A stretch of DNA of 64,000 nt from Cyanophora paradoxa CCMP329 (lineage: Eukaryota > Plantae > Glaucophyta). The stretch spans positions 135,786 to 199,785 of the forward strand of contig QPMI01000068.1 of NCBI GenBank assembly GCA_004431415.1, written 5' to 3'. A program made the translations under genes and the position numbers. Positions 31,101 to 43,350 of the stretch are shown piece after piece (the first letter of the stretch is position 1; the number at the start of each line of letters is the position of its first letter). The notes below the pieces were generated by a model. The model was not told the DNA's origin, did not search any database, and worked only from the letters and a program-made list of their open reading frames with translations.

Positions 31101-34100
31101 GGCGGGCCGTCCGCTGGCTCGCATACAGCGCTCCCCGGCTGGAGCCCAGGGCCCCACTTCCGCCCCGAGGTCCGTCACGGCCTCGCGCGGCCCCGCGCTG
31201 CTGCTCGACATGCCACTGCCGCCTGACCTGCTTGCGCAGGGCGGGCCGGCCGCTGGCTCGCACGCAGCGCCCCCCGGCTGGAGCCCGGGGCTCTACCTCC
31301 GTCCCGAGGTCCGTCACGGCCTCGCGCGGCCCCGCGCTGCTACTCGACCCGCCGCCGCCACATAACCTGCCTGCGCAGGGCCGGCCGCTGGTGCGCATGC
31401 AGCGCTCCCCGGCTGGAGCCCAGGGCTCCACCACCGCCCCGAGGTCCGCCACGGCCTCGCGCTCCCCTGTGCTGCCGCTCGACACGCCGCCGCCGCATAA
31501 CCTGCCCGCGCAGGGCGGGCCGGCCGCTGGCTCGTCCGCAGCGCCCCCCGGCTGGAGCTCAAGGCGCCACCGCCGCCCCGAGGTCCGTCACGGCCTCGCC
31601 CGACCCGCGCTGCCGCTCGACCCGCCGCCGCCGCATACCCTGCTTGCGCAGGGCGGGCCGGCCGCTGGCTCGTATGCAGCGCTTCCCGGCTGGAGCCCAG
31701 GGCTCCACCTCCGCCCCGAGGTCCATCACGGCCTCGCGCAGCCCCGCGCTGCTGCTCGACCCGCCGCCGCCGCATAACCCGCTTGCGCAGGGCGGGCCGG
31801 CCGCTGGCTCGCATGCAGCGCTCCCCAACTGGAGTCCAGGGCTCCACCTCCGCCCAGAGGTCCGTCACGGCCTCGCGCGGCCCCGCGCTGCCGCTCGACC
31901 CGCCGCCGCCGCATAACCTGCTTGCGCAGGGCGGGCCGGCCGCTGGCTCGCATGCAGCCCTCCCCGGCCGGAGCCTTGGTCTCCACCGCCGCCCCGAGGT
32001 CCGTCACGGCCTAGCGCGGCCCCGCGCTGCAGCTCGGCGTACCGCCACTGCCTGACCTGCCTGCACAGGGCGGGCCGGCCGCTGGCTCGCATACAGCGCT
32101 CCCCGGCTGGAGCCCAGGGCCCCACCTCCGCCCCGAGGTCCGTCACGGCCTCGCGCGGCCCCGTGCTGCCGCTCGACCCACCGCCGCCGCCTGGCCTGCT
32201 TGCGCAGGGCGGGCCGGCCGCTGGCTCGCCTGCCGCGCTCCCCGGCTGGAGCCCTTGGGCTCCACCTCCGCCCCGAGGTCCGTTCACGGCCTCATGCGGC
32301 CCTGCACCACCACTCGACCGCCGCCGCCGCATAACCTGCTTGCGCAGGACGGGACGGCCGCTGGCTCGCATACAGCGCTCCCCGGCTGGAGCCCAGGGCT
32401 CCACCTCCGCCCCGAGGTCCGAAAACGACCTCGCGCGGCCCCGCACCGCCGCGCCACCCGCCGCCGCCGCCTGACCTGCTTGCGCAGGGCGGGCCGACCG
32501 CTGGCTCGCCTGCGGCGCTCTCCGGCTGGAGCCCAGGGCCCCGCCCCCGCCCCGAGGTCCGTCACGGCCTTGCGCGGCCCCCGCGCCGCCGCTCGACCCG
32601 CCGCCGCCGCCTGACCTGCTTGCGCAGGGCGGGCCGGCCGCTGGCTCGCATGCCGCGCTCTCCAGCTGGAGCCCAGGGCTCCACCGCTACCCGAGGTCCG
32701 TCACGGCCTCGCGCGGCCCCGCGCTGCAGCTCGGCGTACCGCCACTGCCTGACCCGCTGGCGCAGGGCGGGCCGGCCGCTGGCTCGTCCGCCGCGCTCTC
32801 CGGCTGGAGCCCAAGGCTCCACCGCCGCCCCGAAGTCCTTGACGGCCTCGCACGGCCCCACTCCACCACCCGGCTTGCCGCCGCCGCCTGCCCTACGGGT
32901 GCAGGGCGGGCCGGCCGCTGGCCCGCCCACCGCGCTCCTGCTGGAGCTCAAGGCTCCACCACCTCCCCGAGGTCTGCAGCGACCTCGCGCGGCCCGGCGC
33001 CGCCGCCCAGCTCGCTGCCTCCGCCTGATTGGCTGGCACAGGGCGGGCCGGCCCCTAGCCCGCCCGCGGCCGTCGGACGCTTCCTGGCTGGAGCTCAAGG
33101 CTCCGCCACCGCCCCAAGGGCGGGCCGGCTGGTGGACCGCGCGCAGCGCCTCCTGCGGTAGCTAAAAGCTCCGCCGCCGCCCGAAGGTCCGTAGCGGCCT
33201 TGCGCGGCCCCGCGCGGCCGCTCGACCCGCTACCGCCGTCGGACCTACTCGCGAAGGGGCAGGCCGGTCGCTGGCTCGCCAGCAGCGCTCTCCTGCTGGA
33301 GCTCAAGCCTCCACCACCGCCCCGAGGTCTGCAGCGACCTCGCACGGCCCCGCACTGCCGCTCGGCTCGCCGCCGCCGCCTCGCCTGCTTGCGCAGGGCG
33401 GGCCGGCCTCTGGCTCGCCCGCGTCGCCCCCCTGCTGGAGCTCAAGGCTCCTTCGCGGCCCCGCGGTCCGAAAACGACCTTGCGCGGCCCCACGCCCGCG
33501 CTCGACCCGCCGCCGCCGCATAACCTGCTTGCGTAGGGCGGGCCGGCCGCTGGCTCGCCTACCGCGCTCTCCGGCGGGAGCCCAGGGCTCCACCTCCGCC
33601 CCGAGGTCCGTCACGGCCTCGCGCGGCCCCGCGCCGCCGCTCGACCCGCCGCCGCCGCCCGACCTGCTGGCGCAGGGCGGGCCGGCCCCTGGCTCGCCCG
33701 CAAGGCCCCTGGCTGAAGCTCCAGGCCCCGCCACTACACCGAGGGCTACTGCGACCTCGCGTGGCCCCGCGCCGCCGCTCGGCTCGCCGCCGCCGCCTGA
33801 CCTGCTTGCGCAGGGCGGGCCCGGCCAGCCGCTGGCTCGCCCGCAGCGCCTCATACTGGAACTCAAAGCTCCGCCGCCGCCCCAAGGTCCGTGGCGACCT
33901 CGCGCGGCCCCATGCCACAGCTCGGCTCGCCACCACCGCCTGACCTGCGTACGCAAGGCGGGCCGGCCTCTAGCTCGCCCGCGACGCTTCCTGGCTGGAG
34001 CTCAAGGCTCCACCCCCGCCCCGAGGTCTGCAGCGACCTCGCGCGGCCCCGCGCCGCCGCTCGACCCGCCGCCGCCGCATAACCTGCTTGCGCAGGGCGG

Positions 34101-34450
34101 GCCGGCCTCTGGCTCGCCAGCCGCGCTCTCCTGCTGGAGCTCATGGCCCCATCACCGCCCCGGGGTCCGTCACGGCCTCGCGCGGCCCGCGCTGCCGCCG
34201 CTTCGCCTGCTGGCGCAGGGTGGGCTGACCGCTGGCTCGCCCACGGTGCTGTCCCACGGGCGCTCCAGGCCCTGAGGCCCCGCGACTGCTCCCGCGGCCT
34301 TCTGCGGCCCCCACACCTCCACGCGGCGCGCTTCCGCCGCCTAACCTGCTTGCACAGGGCAGGACGGTGGTGGGCTCACTTTCGGTGCTCACCGGCTGGG
34401 ATGGTTTTAGATTCCGCCGCGGCCCCGAGGTCCGTAACGGCCTCGCGCGA
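28190..34450. repeat. GC-rich satellite, ~139-bp monomer, roughly 45 copies, degenerating at the right end
   Basis: Consensus ACCTGCTTGCGCAGGGCGGGCCGGCCGCTGGCTCGC...GGAGCCCAGGGCTCCACCTCCGCCCCGAGGTCCGTCACGGCCTCGCGCGGCCCCGCGC; spurious ORF starts recur at 139-bp spacing (e.g. 31644, 31783). Confidence 0.95.
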
Positions 34451-37396
34451 CTTCACGCCGACGCGCAGTGCGACCGCCTTGCCCGCCCTCCACCCGTAGC
34501 GCGCCCCTGGCCCGCACCGCCCAGCATGACTTGTCGGCGGCGGGGATCTGGCGGCGCAACTATCAAGCGCCGCCCCGGTTCGTCGACTGTCCCATAGGGG
34601 TACGACGAGAACCCCCCCAGCCTTCTGTGCCGGCTCGTTCCCTCGGGCTTCTTGGCCCGCCCCGGCCCCATGTTGTTGTCCGAATTCACGCTCTCTGCCC
34701 GTCCCTCCTACAGCGCAGTGCGCTGGGGGATAGGGGCTCAGCGTCCGAGACACGTTGGGGTAGCGGGGGAGGAGGAAAGAGAGGGGGGGGGGGCAGGAGG
34801 AGGGTGGATCAACCCTCACCCTCTTGATCACTTTTGTCCTTATGTATGCTATTCTGGCTGGCTGTGACCTGACTCTTGTTTGGTAGGGGGTACTGCATTC
34901 GTGCTGCGTTCGCTACGCTCACCCCCGCGGCCTCCGGCGGCGGTACCCGGCTTCGGATCCCCGAACCCGGAAGAAACCGCGTACCCCTCCCCGGGGTACG
35001 CCGTTCGCCCCAACCGGCCCCACAAGGCGCGGCCCGAGGCCGAACGCGTACCCCGGAGAGGGGTACGGCGTCAGAGCGGCCCCGATCAAGTGTACCCCGA
35101 GCGGGGTACCCCGATCGGCCCCGCGACGGCCCGAGCGGAGTACCCCGAGCGGGGTACACCGTCTCGACCCGCAACGGCCCTCCCCGGGGTACAGGCGCCT
35201 AGCACGCTTACCCCGGAGAGTTCTTGTTCCGGAACTCGCAAGGGCGAGGCCGGAATGGCATACGGCGATCCGCCCTGGTCGATCGCCAACGTATTATGAT
35301 ACGTGGTTCCCGGGAAAGCAGCCTTGAGCTGCCGTACCTCAGGGCCCAACCCGATGCGCTATCCGTGCATCTAGCTAAGTAGTGTCAGGCGTAAGATAGC
35401 TAGGTCTTCTGCATTCGAATGAAGCGAGGCGTAAATCGGGATTTGCGCTCTCAATGCGTAAATCGAGTTTTGCGCCGACGGAATGCGAACAAAGAAGACC
35501 GTAGCCGAGCGCCAGGCACGAAAGAGCTGAGCGACTCGCTAGCCGCGGAAGCGGCGCGAGGCGAGCACGGGATTAGCAGCAGGCTGCTGCGAGCGCCCCT
35601 CAAGGGACTAGCTGAGCTAGCCGTTGGGCCGAGCCAGCGGGCTTGAAGCCGCCGAGCTCCGGGGGGTACGCTGATTCGGGGTTTCCCTTCACGCCCAGCT
35701 TCGCTCGCGGCCGCCCCAGGCCACGAAGCGACCAGCGGCGAAGCGAAATCGCTCCCGCCCACCTCCCCGCGATTTTTCCTTCCGGGGCGCCGAACCTCGC
35801 CACCCAGCGAGCCCCGGCGCCGCGAAAAGTTCGCGCAAAAAGGCAATGCATACGGCGACCAGCGCCAGCGTTCGCCGAGGGTATTATAATACGTGGTTCC
35901 TTGCCGTCTCCTGTGCACACGGTTCCGGATGTTACTCCCGCTCGGTGCCGGCCACCAGCGCGGACGTGGTCGTGCACAGCTGATCCGTGGTAATTTACAA
36001 TGGTTCCGTCGAAGATTCGGGCACGAACCGCGCAGACTCGGTGTACCGGTCGTCATTCGTGTTTCCAGGCGCGTCCGCTGGGCCCACTTGTGCCGGGCCG
36101 GGGTCCAGCGCGCCCCCAAGAAACAGTCGCGCGGCTTCGTGGAGAATCTCGAGTTTTCCCCGCTGGGTTTTACCCTGTTTTCCTCTGGACCCGTGGGTGC
36201 CGAGCCGGGGTCCAGCGCGCATGACCGTTACGCGGTTTTCCCGCGGTAACTTGCTGGTTTTCGAGTCTGCCGCCCCGGCGCGGGGGGAGACTTCGCGCAT
36301 GATTCGGAGTCCTGTTGGTTTTTGATGAGCCTCGGTTGTCGTACGTTGTACGACTCCTTGGTCTCATGGTCGTCTGCGGACGACGGGCACGCTACGCGTG
36401 TGGTAGGGGGTACTGCATTCGTGCTGCGTTCGCTACGCTCACCCCCGCGGCCTCCGGCGGCGGTACCCGGCTTCGGATCCCCGAACCCGGAAGAAACCGC
36501 GTACCCCTCCCCGGGGTACGCCGTTCGCCCCAACCGGCCCCACAAGGCGCGGCCCGAGGCCGAACGCGTACCCCGGAGAGGGGTACGGCGTCAGAGCGGC
36601 CCCGATCAAGTGTACCCCCGAGCGGGGTACCCCGATCGGCCCCGCGACGGCCCCGAGCGGAGTACCCCGAGCGGGGTACACCGTCTCGACCCGCAACGGC
36701 CCTCCCCGGGGTACAGGCGCCTAGCACGCTTACCCCGGAGAGTTCTTGTTCCGGAACTCGCAAGGGCGAGGCCGGAATGGCATACGGCGATCCGCCCTGG
36801 TCGATCGCCAACGTATTATGATACGTGGTTCCCGGGAAAGCAGCCTTGAGCTGCCGTACCTCAGGGCCCAACCCGATGCGCTATCCCGTGCATCTAGCTA
36901 AGTAGTGTCAGGCGTAAGATAGCTAGGTCTTCTGCATTCGAATGAAGCGAGGCGTAAAGCCAGCTGCGCAGCCTGCAGGCTGCAGCTGGCATGCTGCCAG
37001 GCTGGCTGGTTAACGTTGTGCCAGCCTCTAGATCTGCCAGCCCAGTGCCAGGCTGCCAGCGCAAGCTTAAGTCAAGTGCGTTGGCCAACGCATGCGCATT
37101 GCGCAGTCACGCGCGTGCGCTGCGCGTTCACATGGCAGCCCACTGGCAGTCGCCGCCAGGCGGCGACAGCGGTCTTCTACTACTGGTCCGTACTCAAAGT
37201 GCCAATTGAGTATGAGGTCGGGAGTTTGAATAGGGGCTCCGTCGCGATTTGGCTCGGCTGTTGCGTACTACTCGTGTTTTTTTACGTGTGTGCGCTTGCG
37301 TCATAAGTAATAAGTTATAACTTAGTATATTGCAACTTGGCAAGTCCGAACTGTCCGCGGTACTAAGTTACTACTAACACGGTAGTAACACCCTTC

Positions 37397-38227
37397 AAGT
37401 GCCCCTTGCAAGTTGATTAATTGCTCGCGGTACTAAGACCCTTGCTAATTTGAGAAAAAAAGGTGCTCCGAAGGATCAGCTGCAGCCTGCAGGCAGTGAT
37501 GTTATTCCGAATTAACCGAAAAACTGCCCATTCCTGGAATTAATACTTCCTGGAATATTCCTAGTAAGATTCCGAATTCTTTATTGTTTCTAGAAACCCT
37601 TCCCTCATACATGCATACCGCACCCCACGCCGGCCCAGCCCCGCCCTGCCCACCCCTCCCCGCTTTGCGAGACCACTGTATGAACTGTCAAGCATTAAAT
37701 ATTGAAGCATATTCATGCGTTCGAAGGTGCAGCAGTGAGCACGAGCTGTCGTCGTCGCCGCGAGTCGACGTCATCGGGCAGACCGCTTGTGGAGGCGACT
37801 CCGACGGGCCAGCTGAGCCCTCGTTCTCACCAGACATCGATTTGCGATGCGGGCGCGCTCTGCTGGACGCTGTGTGCTGCGTTCTGGCGGAAAATCCCAT
37901 GCACGAACAAGTACCCCCCCTTATTCGGAACAATTCCTGAAAGAACGGCGTTCCCAGCACCATTCCAGGAATTATTCCTGGAATAGAATTAAAAAATGTT
38001 TCTAGAAAGAATGCCATCAGTGCCTGCAGGCCTAGCCCGGCCTAGTAGGCCTAGGCATTTGTAACTTTAAGTGCTAGTACTGTGCTACCCAAAGTGCCCC
38101 TTGCAAGTTGATTTATTGCTCGCGGTACTAAGACCCTTGCTAATTTGAGAAAAAAAAGGTGCTCCGAAGGATCAGCTGCAGCCTGCAGGCCTAGCTATAG
38201 CCTAGTAGGCCTAGGCATTTGTAACTT
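37397..38227. repeat. ~140-bp direct repeat pair (37397-38067, interrupted by the MITE; 38092-38227, uninterrupted)
   Basis: AAGTGCCCCTTGCAAGTTGAT...GGATCAGCTGCAGCCTGCAGG...CTAGGCATTTGTAACTT occurs twice. Confidence 0.9.
37494..38022. mobile_element. hAT-family non-autonomous element (MITE), 529 bp
   Basis: 8-bp TSD CCTGCAGG (37486-37493, 38023-38030); imperfect TIR CAGTGATGTTATTC / CACTGATGGCATTC (11/14); ATTCC/GGAAT subterminal repeats; empty site at 38182-38189. Confidence 0.85.
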
Positions 38228-38849
38228 GCTGAATTGTAAGTGCTACCGTAGTACCCAGCTGCTACCAGGTTTTATAACTTATAATTACCGGGCCGGCGGC
38301 GCGGCGCCAGTAACTTAGCAAGGGGCCAGTACTACAGTGACTCTAGATCTCAGCCTTGAGTCTCAGTCATGATCACAGTCAGGGGGGCTGCAGCTGACCG
38401 ACTGGGTCAGCCGGGGGCCTGACTGCTCGACACTGCCGCAGTGCGTCGACAGCCCTACGTATACCGTGTAACTTCAACGGTGGAAGGCTTAAATACCGCG
38501 TCACAAATTAGCGCGTTCCAAAACTTTGGGCCCGATTTGCGCTTTACCGCGCTACCAAATTACCGCGTTCGAGCCGCTCCTAAGAGCCGCTGACCTCCAA
38601 ATTACTCGGTACCGGGTGCTCCTAAGAGCCGCTGACCTCCTTTTCTTCGTCACTTTGTACCGCAGAGTGTCGTAGCTCGGGCCCGCTGCCGCTGGCCATG
38701 GGCCGCTGCGCAGCCTGCGCGGCGCTGCGCGGACATCCACATCGATCGCCGGGTCGCGATCCTACGTACAGCTCTCCCCTTGGTGAGACTTTGGGAGAGA
38801 TGCCATGATGCCGCAGCTGAGGGTCATTATAATTAGCGCTAGCGCACCG

Positions 38850-40560
38850 CCCGTGTGATTATGACGAGCTCGAAACCCTGTCCTTACTGCAGCTGCTCCA
38901 CCTGTGCGCAGCATCTGTCGCTGAGTCAGCATGGGCGTGGCAAAGAGCACGATATGCTACGATGTGTGCAAGGAGAGCGGGGGATCAATCGTCAGAGGCG
39001 ACCCTCTCAACAGGGTCGGATACGAACCCCCGCTGAAGGTCTTCACCGAAGGCAGTACGTTCAAGTCTAACATGGATGAATGGAAGGCGTGGTTCAACAA
39101 TTTCGGACATGCGTACGCATTGTGAATGATCATGATCATTCTGAATTCGAATCCGTTGTGCAGGTGTAGAGTGAGCGGTGGAACATGCTACGTGGTGAAA
39201 GGCGAGGAAAATTACTTCAATGTTCCGGTGAGCGACAGCACATGTACACTGCATGCGCACATACTCGGCTTTGCATTGCAAATTGACGCAGGAGGCACGA
39301 ATTGCATTGAAGTAACGCGCCACGCAGGCGGCTGAAATTATCACTGTTGGCGGTGTAAAGGTCGAGAAGGGTTCGCGCATTATAACCGTGTTGGATTGCT
39401 TTGCAATTGCTGATCAAAAACTCACGAACGGCTAGGCTTCTACAACAAAGCATGTTTTAAGGGTGCGTATTGCATTTATGATCACGATTCAATTCTTCAT
39501 ATTGCATTTGTTTATAAATCTGAATCTGCGCGTGCATCCACGCGACGCAGAGTCCGATTGCACGGGGACCAAGGCTTATCAGACAACTTCCGTGTCGACC
39601 GACTTTTACAAAGTGTAAGAGAATTCGTAATGTGCTCCTTTCAACGCGGCCGTATACGTAATGCTCCCTTCTGATCAGTTGCAACGGGAATGGATACAAA
39701 TCAGTGGCGGTGCAGTGGGGGAATGAGTCCGCGTACGGGAGCTGCTACAATGTGAGCGCATCTGGCGAGACAGACGCCAAGAAGACGTGAGTGATGATCA
39801 TTTCACAGAGATCAATCGTGGACTAAATTTGCACGCGCAATTTGCACAGCATTAACTGGAAGTTGGTCGAGGTGAATTTGTTCAAATTAAAGCCTTTCTC
39901 TGATATGATATTCTTATTTCTTTTTCTTTTCCCTTATGATTAGGGCGAGAACGCGATTAAAGTTGGTGGCACCCTGGTTCTCAAGGGTAAGAAGAATTTG
40001 TCGTACATATCTATATATGGCCACCGATCGGCCGTGCGGGGAAAAGGATGAATATTCTGACGAGGACTCCGGTCCAGGCGCGAACAACAAGGCATGCTAT
40101 ACTGGAAAGGATTGTACCGGATCGCAGGCTCTCACGACGTAAGTCCGGATTTCAAAAATTAATTCATGATCAGCCAAGCTCGATAGCAAGATTCCAGCTC
40201 ATAGAGAGAGAATTTACGTATACAAACCCATTGCAGGAACGGCGTCGGAGAAGATTTTTACAATGCGTGTGTTGCCAAGGGTCACAAGTCCCTCGGAGTG
40301 CAGACAACTTGGGACGATTCGAACAAGGCTATGTGCTTCAATGTGAGCTCGACGGGCGAGACCAACACCAATAAGACGTGAGCTGTTCACTGAGTCATTC
40401 AAACTTGAGAAAGTCTCCAGAAAGAAGATGCACATGCGCAGGGTCGCTTACAAGCCGGCTTCGAGACTGGAGGAAGAAATTCCGGAAGTCGAAGAAGATG
40501 GCATCGACGTCGAGGACGCGGAGATGGATCTTTTCGAGGCCTCTCTTGCCATCGAGCTAG
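38850..40560 (+). CDS. Probable multi-exon gene of unknown function (Cys-containing short exons, acidic C-terminus); exon structure unresolved
   Basis: Exon-like stretches VAKSTICYDVCKESGG.., ESDCTGTKAYQTT, NKACYTGKDCTGSQALTT between GT...CAG boundaries. Confidence 0.3.
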
Positions 40561-40932
40561 AGCTTGCGATGGATGCGTCCGTCCTTCTCGCAGACGGTTA
40601 GAAAAAGGCTTGAAGAGTTCTTGAAATCTCAAGTAATCTTGAAAGTCAGACAATTGGACACAATACAGAGAGTCTCGCTGACGAGTGTCTAGCGACTGAA
40701 GTTCACTGGCTGGCTCACTTGCCTCCTCCCCCCCTCCCACCCTCCCCCCACCCCCACCCCACCCCCGCGCACACACGTGCACTTAATTCATTCTCCGCCC
40801 ACGGCCGTCATTCTCTTTTTTTCCTCTGCTCTTCCTGCACTGGGAAGCGGGCTGCTCTACTGGACAGCTTCTCAAATTTAAATGGGCCGAGCTCCTCACC
40901 GCTGCGAACGCGGATCGTAGACGCGGCACTTC

Positions 40933-41990
40933 CTACGCGCTGCCGCCCGGCGCCTCGGCCCGGCTTCGGAGCCGCATCTCGTAGAGCTGCTGGATCTGCG
41001 CGGCCGTCGCGGCGTCCTGCGCGGGTCCGTGAGCTGCTTTCGTCGCCTTAGAAACAGCAAGACGGACGTTCTGGCACAGTCGCTTCGACCCCGAACCAGC
41101 AGCGCCACCTGCCGCGCGCTCGCTAAGCGGAGCCGCAGGCTTAAGCAACCGCCCGCAGCCGCGGCCTGGCCGCACCTCGTCGTCTAGGCTGTCCAGGATG
41201 GCCTCCAGCGCGTCCGGCAGGTCGAGGCCCGCGGCGGGGTACAGCTCCCGCTGCTTCACCAGCAGGCGCGTTCGGAGTTTCGCAGCGGGCCGCAGGATCA
41301 GGGCGCGCCCCGTCAGCGCCAGCCGCCGGAGGCACCGCAGCCTGCCTCCGCTCAGCTTGGAAAGGTCCTAAGAAACCAAGCAAAGCACTCTGGGGACTTG
41401 TCCTCAAGGAGGCAAGTGCGGCGCATCCACTCGAGGACGGATGCCGGGCCCCACTGCAGCACGGCCGCGGGGTCGAGCGGGGGCTGGGGCGGCTCTGAGG
41501 AGGGTGGTCGGCCAGCGCATCGGAGAGGAGAGAGAGCCAAAGAGATGCGAACCGGCATGAGGCTGCTGAGAGGACGGCGAGGGCGCCGAGGCAGAGCCGG
41601 GCAGAACTGCCGGGGAAGGGCTGGGCTCTGCGGCTGCGCTCTAGATCTGCGGGCCTGTGGCGGGCGGCGGGGGCGGGGGCTGGGGCTCGTCCAGGGCTCG
41701 GTTGGCGCGCGGGAGCTCGCGCCGCTCGAGCCGCCGCCGCCGCCGCGGATGCCCCAGGGCCAGCCCTCCCTTTCTTTGGAGATGCTCGCCCAGTCGCGGC
41801 CGAGGCGGCGGGCGGGCGCTGCGGCTGCTCCGTCCGCTGCGCCCGGGAGGCCGCCCGAGGTTTCCGCTAGAGAACTGCCGCGGCCGCCGCCCGCAGGGGA
41901 CGATCGCCCCCGCTTCTCCTTCCGCCCTACATCGACGCCCGCTTCTCGCTCGTCGCTGCGGCGCTTAAGCTTGGGGCGCGGCGGCGCTGC
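40933..41990 (-). CDS. Host-like intron-containing gene, possible SAM-like domain
   Basis: PAAVLQWGPASVLEWMRR resembles the SAM W-x4-V-x2-W start; downstream helical exon LDLPDALEAILDSLDDE. Confidence 0.3.
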
Positions 41991-42680
41991 TCGCGAGGGG
42001 CGTGTCTACCCGAGTCTACCGTAGTGAGGTATATATATATATATTGTTGCCAGCCTGGTTTCAGAAGTCTTGCTGTACCTTCCGGGACCGCACCACGGCT
42101 CCCAATACAGCCCCACCACCCCTCGGGGCAATCTCGCGTGTAGCGCACGGGCTGGGAGCACAGCTGGGCAGCCACAGCACAGCAGAGCGGGCCAACAAGA
42201 CCAATAATAATATCATGATATATACTAGTAGCTAGCGCTAGCCTAGTAGCTCGCTCAATCGACCGCCCGGCTCGAACTCCGGATCTGACCGTCGGACGTC
42301 GAAAGAACTTGCGCTCCAGCGCTCGCTCGAGCGGCCGCGGTCGGGAGCCTGGCTTCCGAGCTCGAACTTCGGAAGCTAGCTCACGATTATCAAACCTCAG
42401 AGCCTACTCGTTCGCCACAGAATCGATGTCGTGGGGGTAGCAGCGGGGCGGCCAGTCGCGCTCGCCGGCGCCGGCACCGACGGCGCCCCCGGGGCCCTGC
42501 ACACGCGGCGAGCACAGCAAGTCAGGCCTAGCAGGGCAACAGATCTCAGACCCTGCCAGCTGCGGACCTGCATGAGAAACTGGGCAGGTCCGGTGGGTCC
42601 GGCGGGGCCTGCAGAGTCGGGGGATGACTCCTGGAGGGGCGAGTGGCAGGCCGCCGCGTACACTGCCGGTACCCCCCAAC

Positions 42681-42720
42681 GATCAGATCAGATCAGATCA
42701 GATCAGATCAGATCAGATCA
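42681..42720. repeat. (GATCA)8 microsatellite, apparently inside a minus-strand intron (~42663-42722)
   Basis: Direct observation; the minus strand reads GTGATCTGATCTG...CCGGCAG. Confidence 0.9.
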
Positions 42721-42915
42721 CCGTGGAGGTGCGGGTGGCGCTTGGCCTGCGCTGGGCCGGCGCCAGCCGACGCCGCCGGGGCGCCGCGGGGAGCGCCGGC
42801 AGATCCCACCTCGGTGCGGGCGTCGGCGTCCTCCATAGTGACCTCCGCGTCGCCCCCGCCCCGGATCGGCACCACTGCGCAGGCCCGGTGACTCACTGAG
42901 TCCCGAGGCGTCTTT

Positions 42916-43040
42916 GGGGGAAGGGAAGGGGGGTGGGGGGTGGGGGTGGGGGTGGGGGGGTGGGGTGGGGGTGGGTGGGTGGGGTGGGGGTGGGGTGGGT
43001 GGGGGAGGGTGGGGTGGGGTGGGGGGGGGGGGGGGGGGGG
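42916..43040 (+). repeat. G-tract / (GGGGT)n run with G-quadruplex potential
   Basis: About 125 nt almost entirely G-runs; shorter complementary C-tract at 40726-40766. Confidence 0.85.
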
Positions 43041-43350
43041 ACGGCGGCACCGACGACCTGCGGGTGCCGGCGGCGCCCCTCGGGGCCTGCGAGGGGTGCG
43101 TTCAGAGAGGCGCGGAGCGAGCGAGAGGGATGTGCGCGCGCGAGAGCGCGCGCACTCTGGCTGCGGGCAGCGCGGGCCGCCTCGATGATATGACGGTCAA
43201 CGGGGTTCGGCTGGACCTGGCGGGGGCCCCGGTGAGCGCGAGCGAGCCCGAGGGGCAAGCCAGCGCAGCTCGACGCACGGGGGCGCTCGAGGACTCCCCC
43301 GCCAAGGCCCGTATCTCGTCCTGCCGGCGTGCGCAGAGCGCGCGCGAGAG

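Larger units (their letters stand above)
25314..36958. mobile_element. Non-autonomous element with Ngaro-like split direct repeats (A1 25314-25630, B1 34881-35435, A2 35436-35752, B2 36401-36958)
   Basis: A1=A2 (317 bp); B1~B2 (~555 bp); B1 abuts A2 precisely; no TSD; rejoined flanks read CAGGCAGCT|GCCAGCTGC. No RT or YR ORF recognisable. Confidence 0.65.

Noticed and set aside
28190-34450. CRISPR-like array or ribozyme-containing (retrozyme) repeats
   Set aside because: No unique spacers (whole monomers are repeated), no cas genes, and no hammerhead CTGANGA...GAAA core in the monomer.
25300-36900. Dozens of long Arg/Pro/Ala/Gly-rich ORFs in the satellites and A/B repeats
   Set aside because: Stop-poor GC-rich repeats; the 139-bp unit is not a multiple of 3, ORFs appear in all six frames, and no RT, YR or gag motifs are found.
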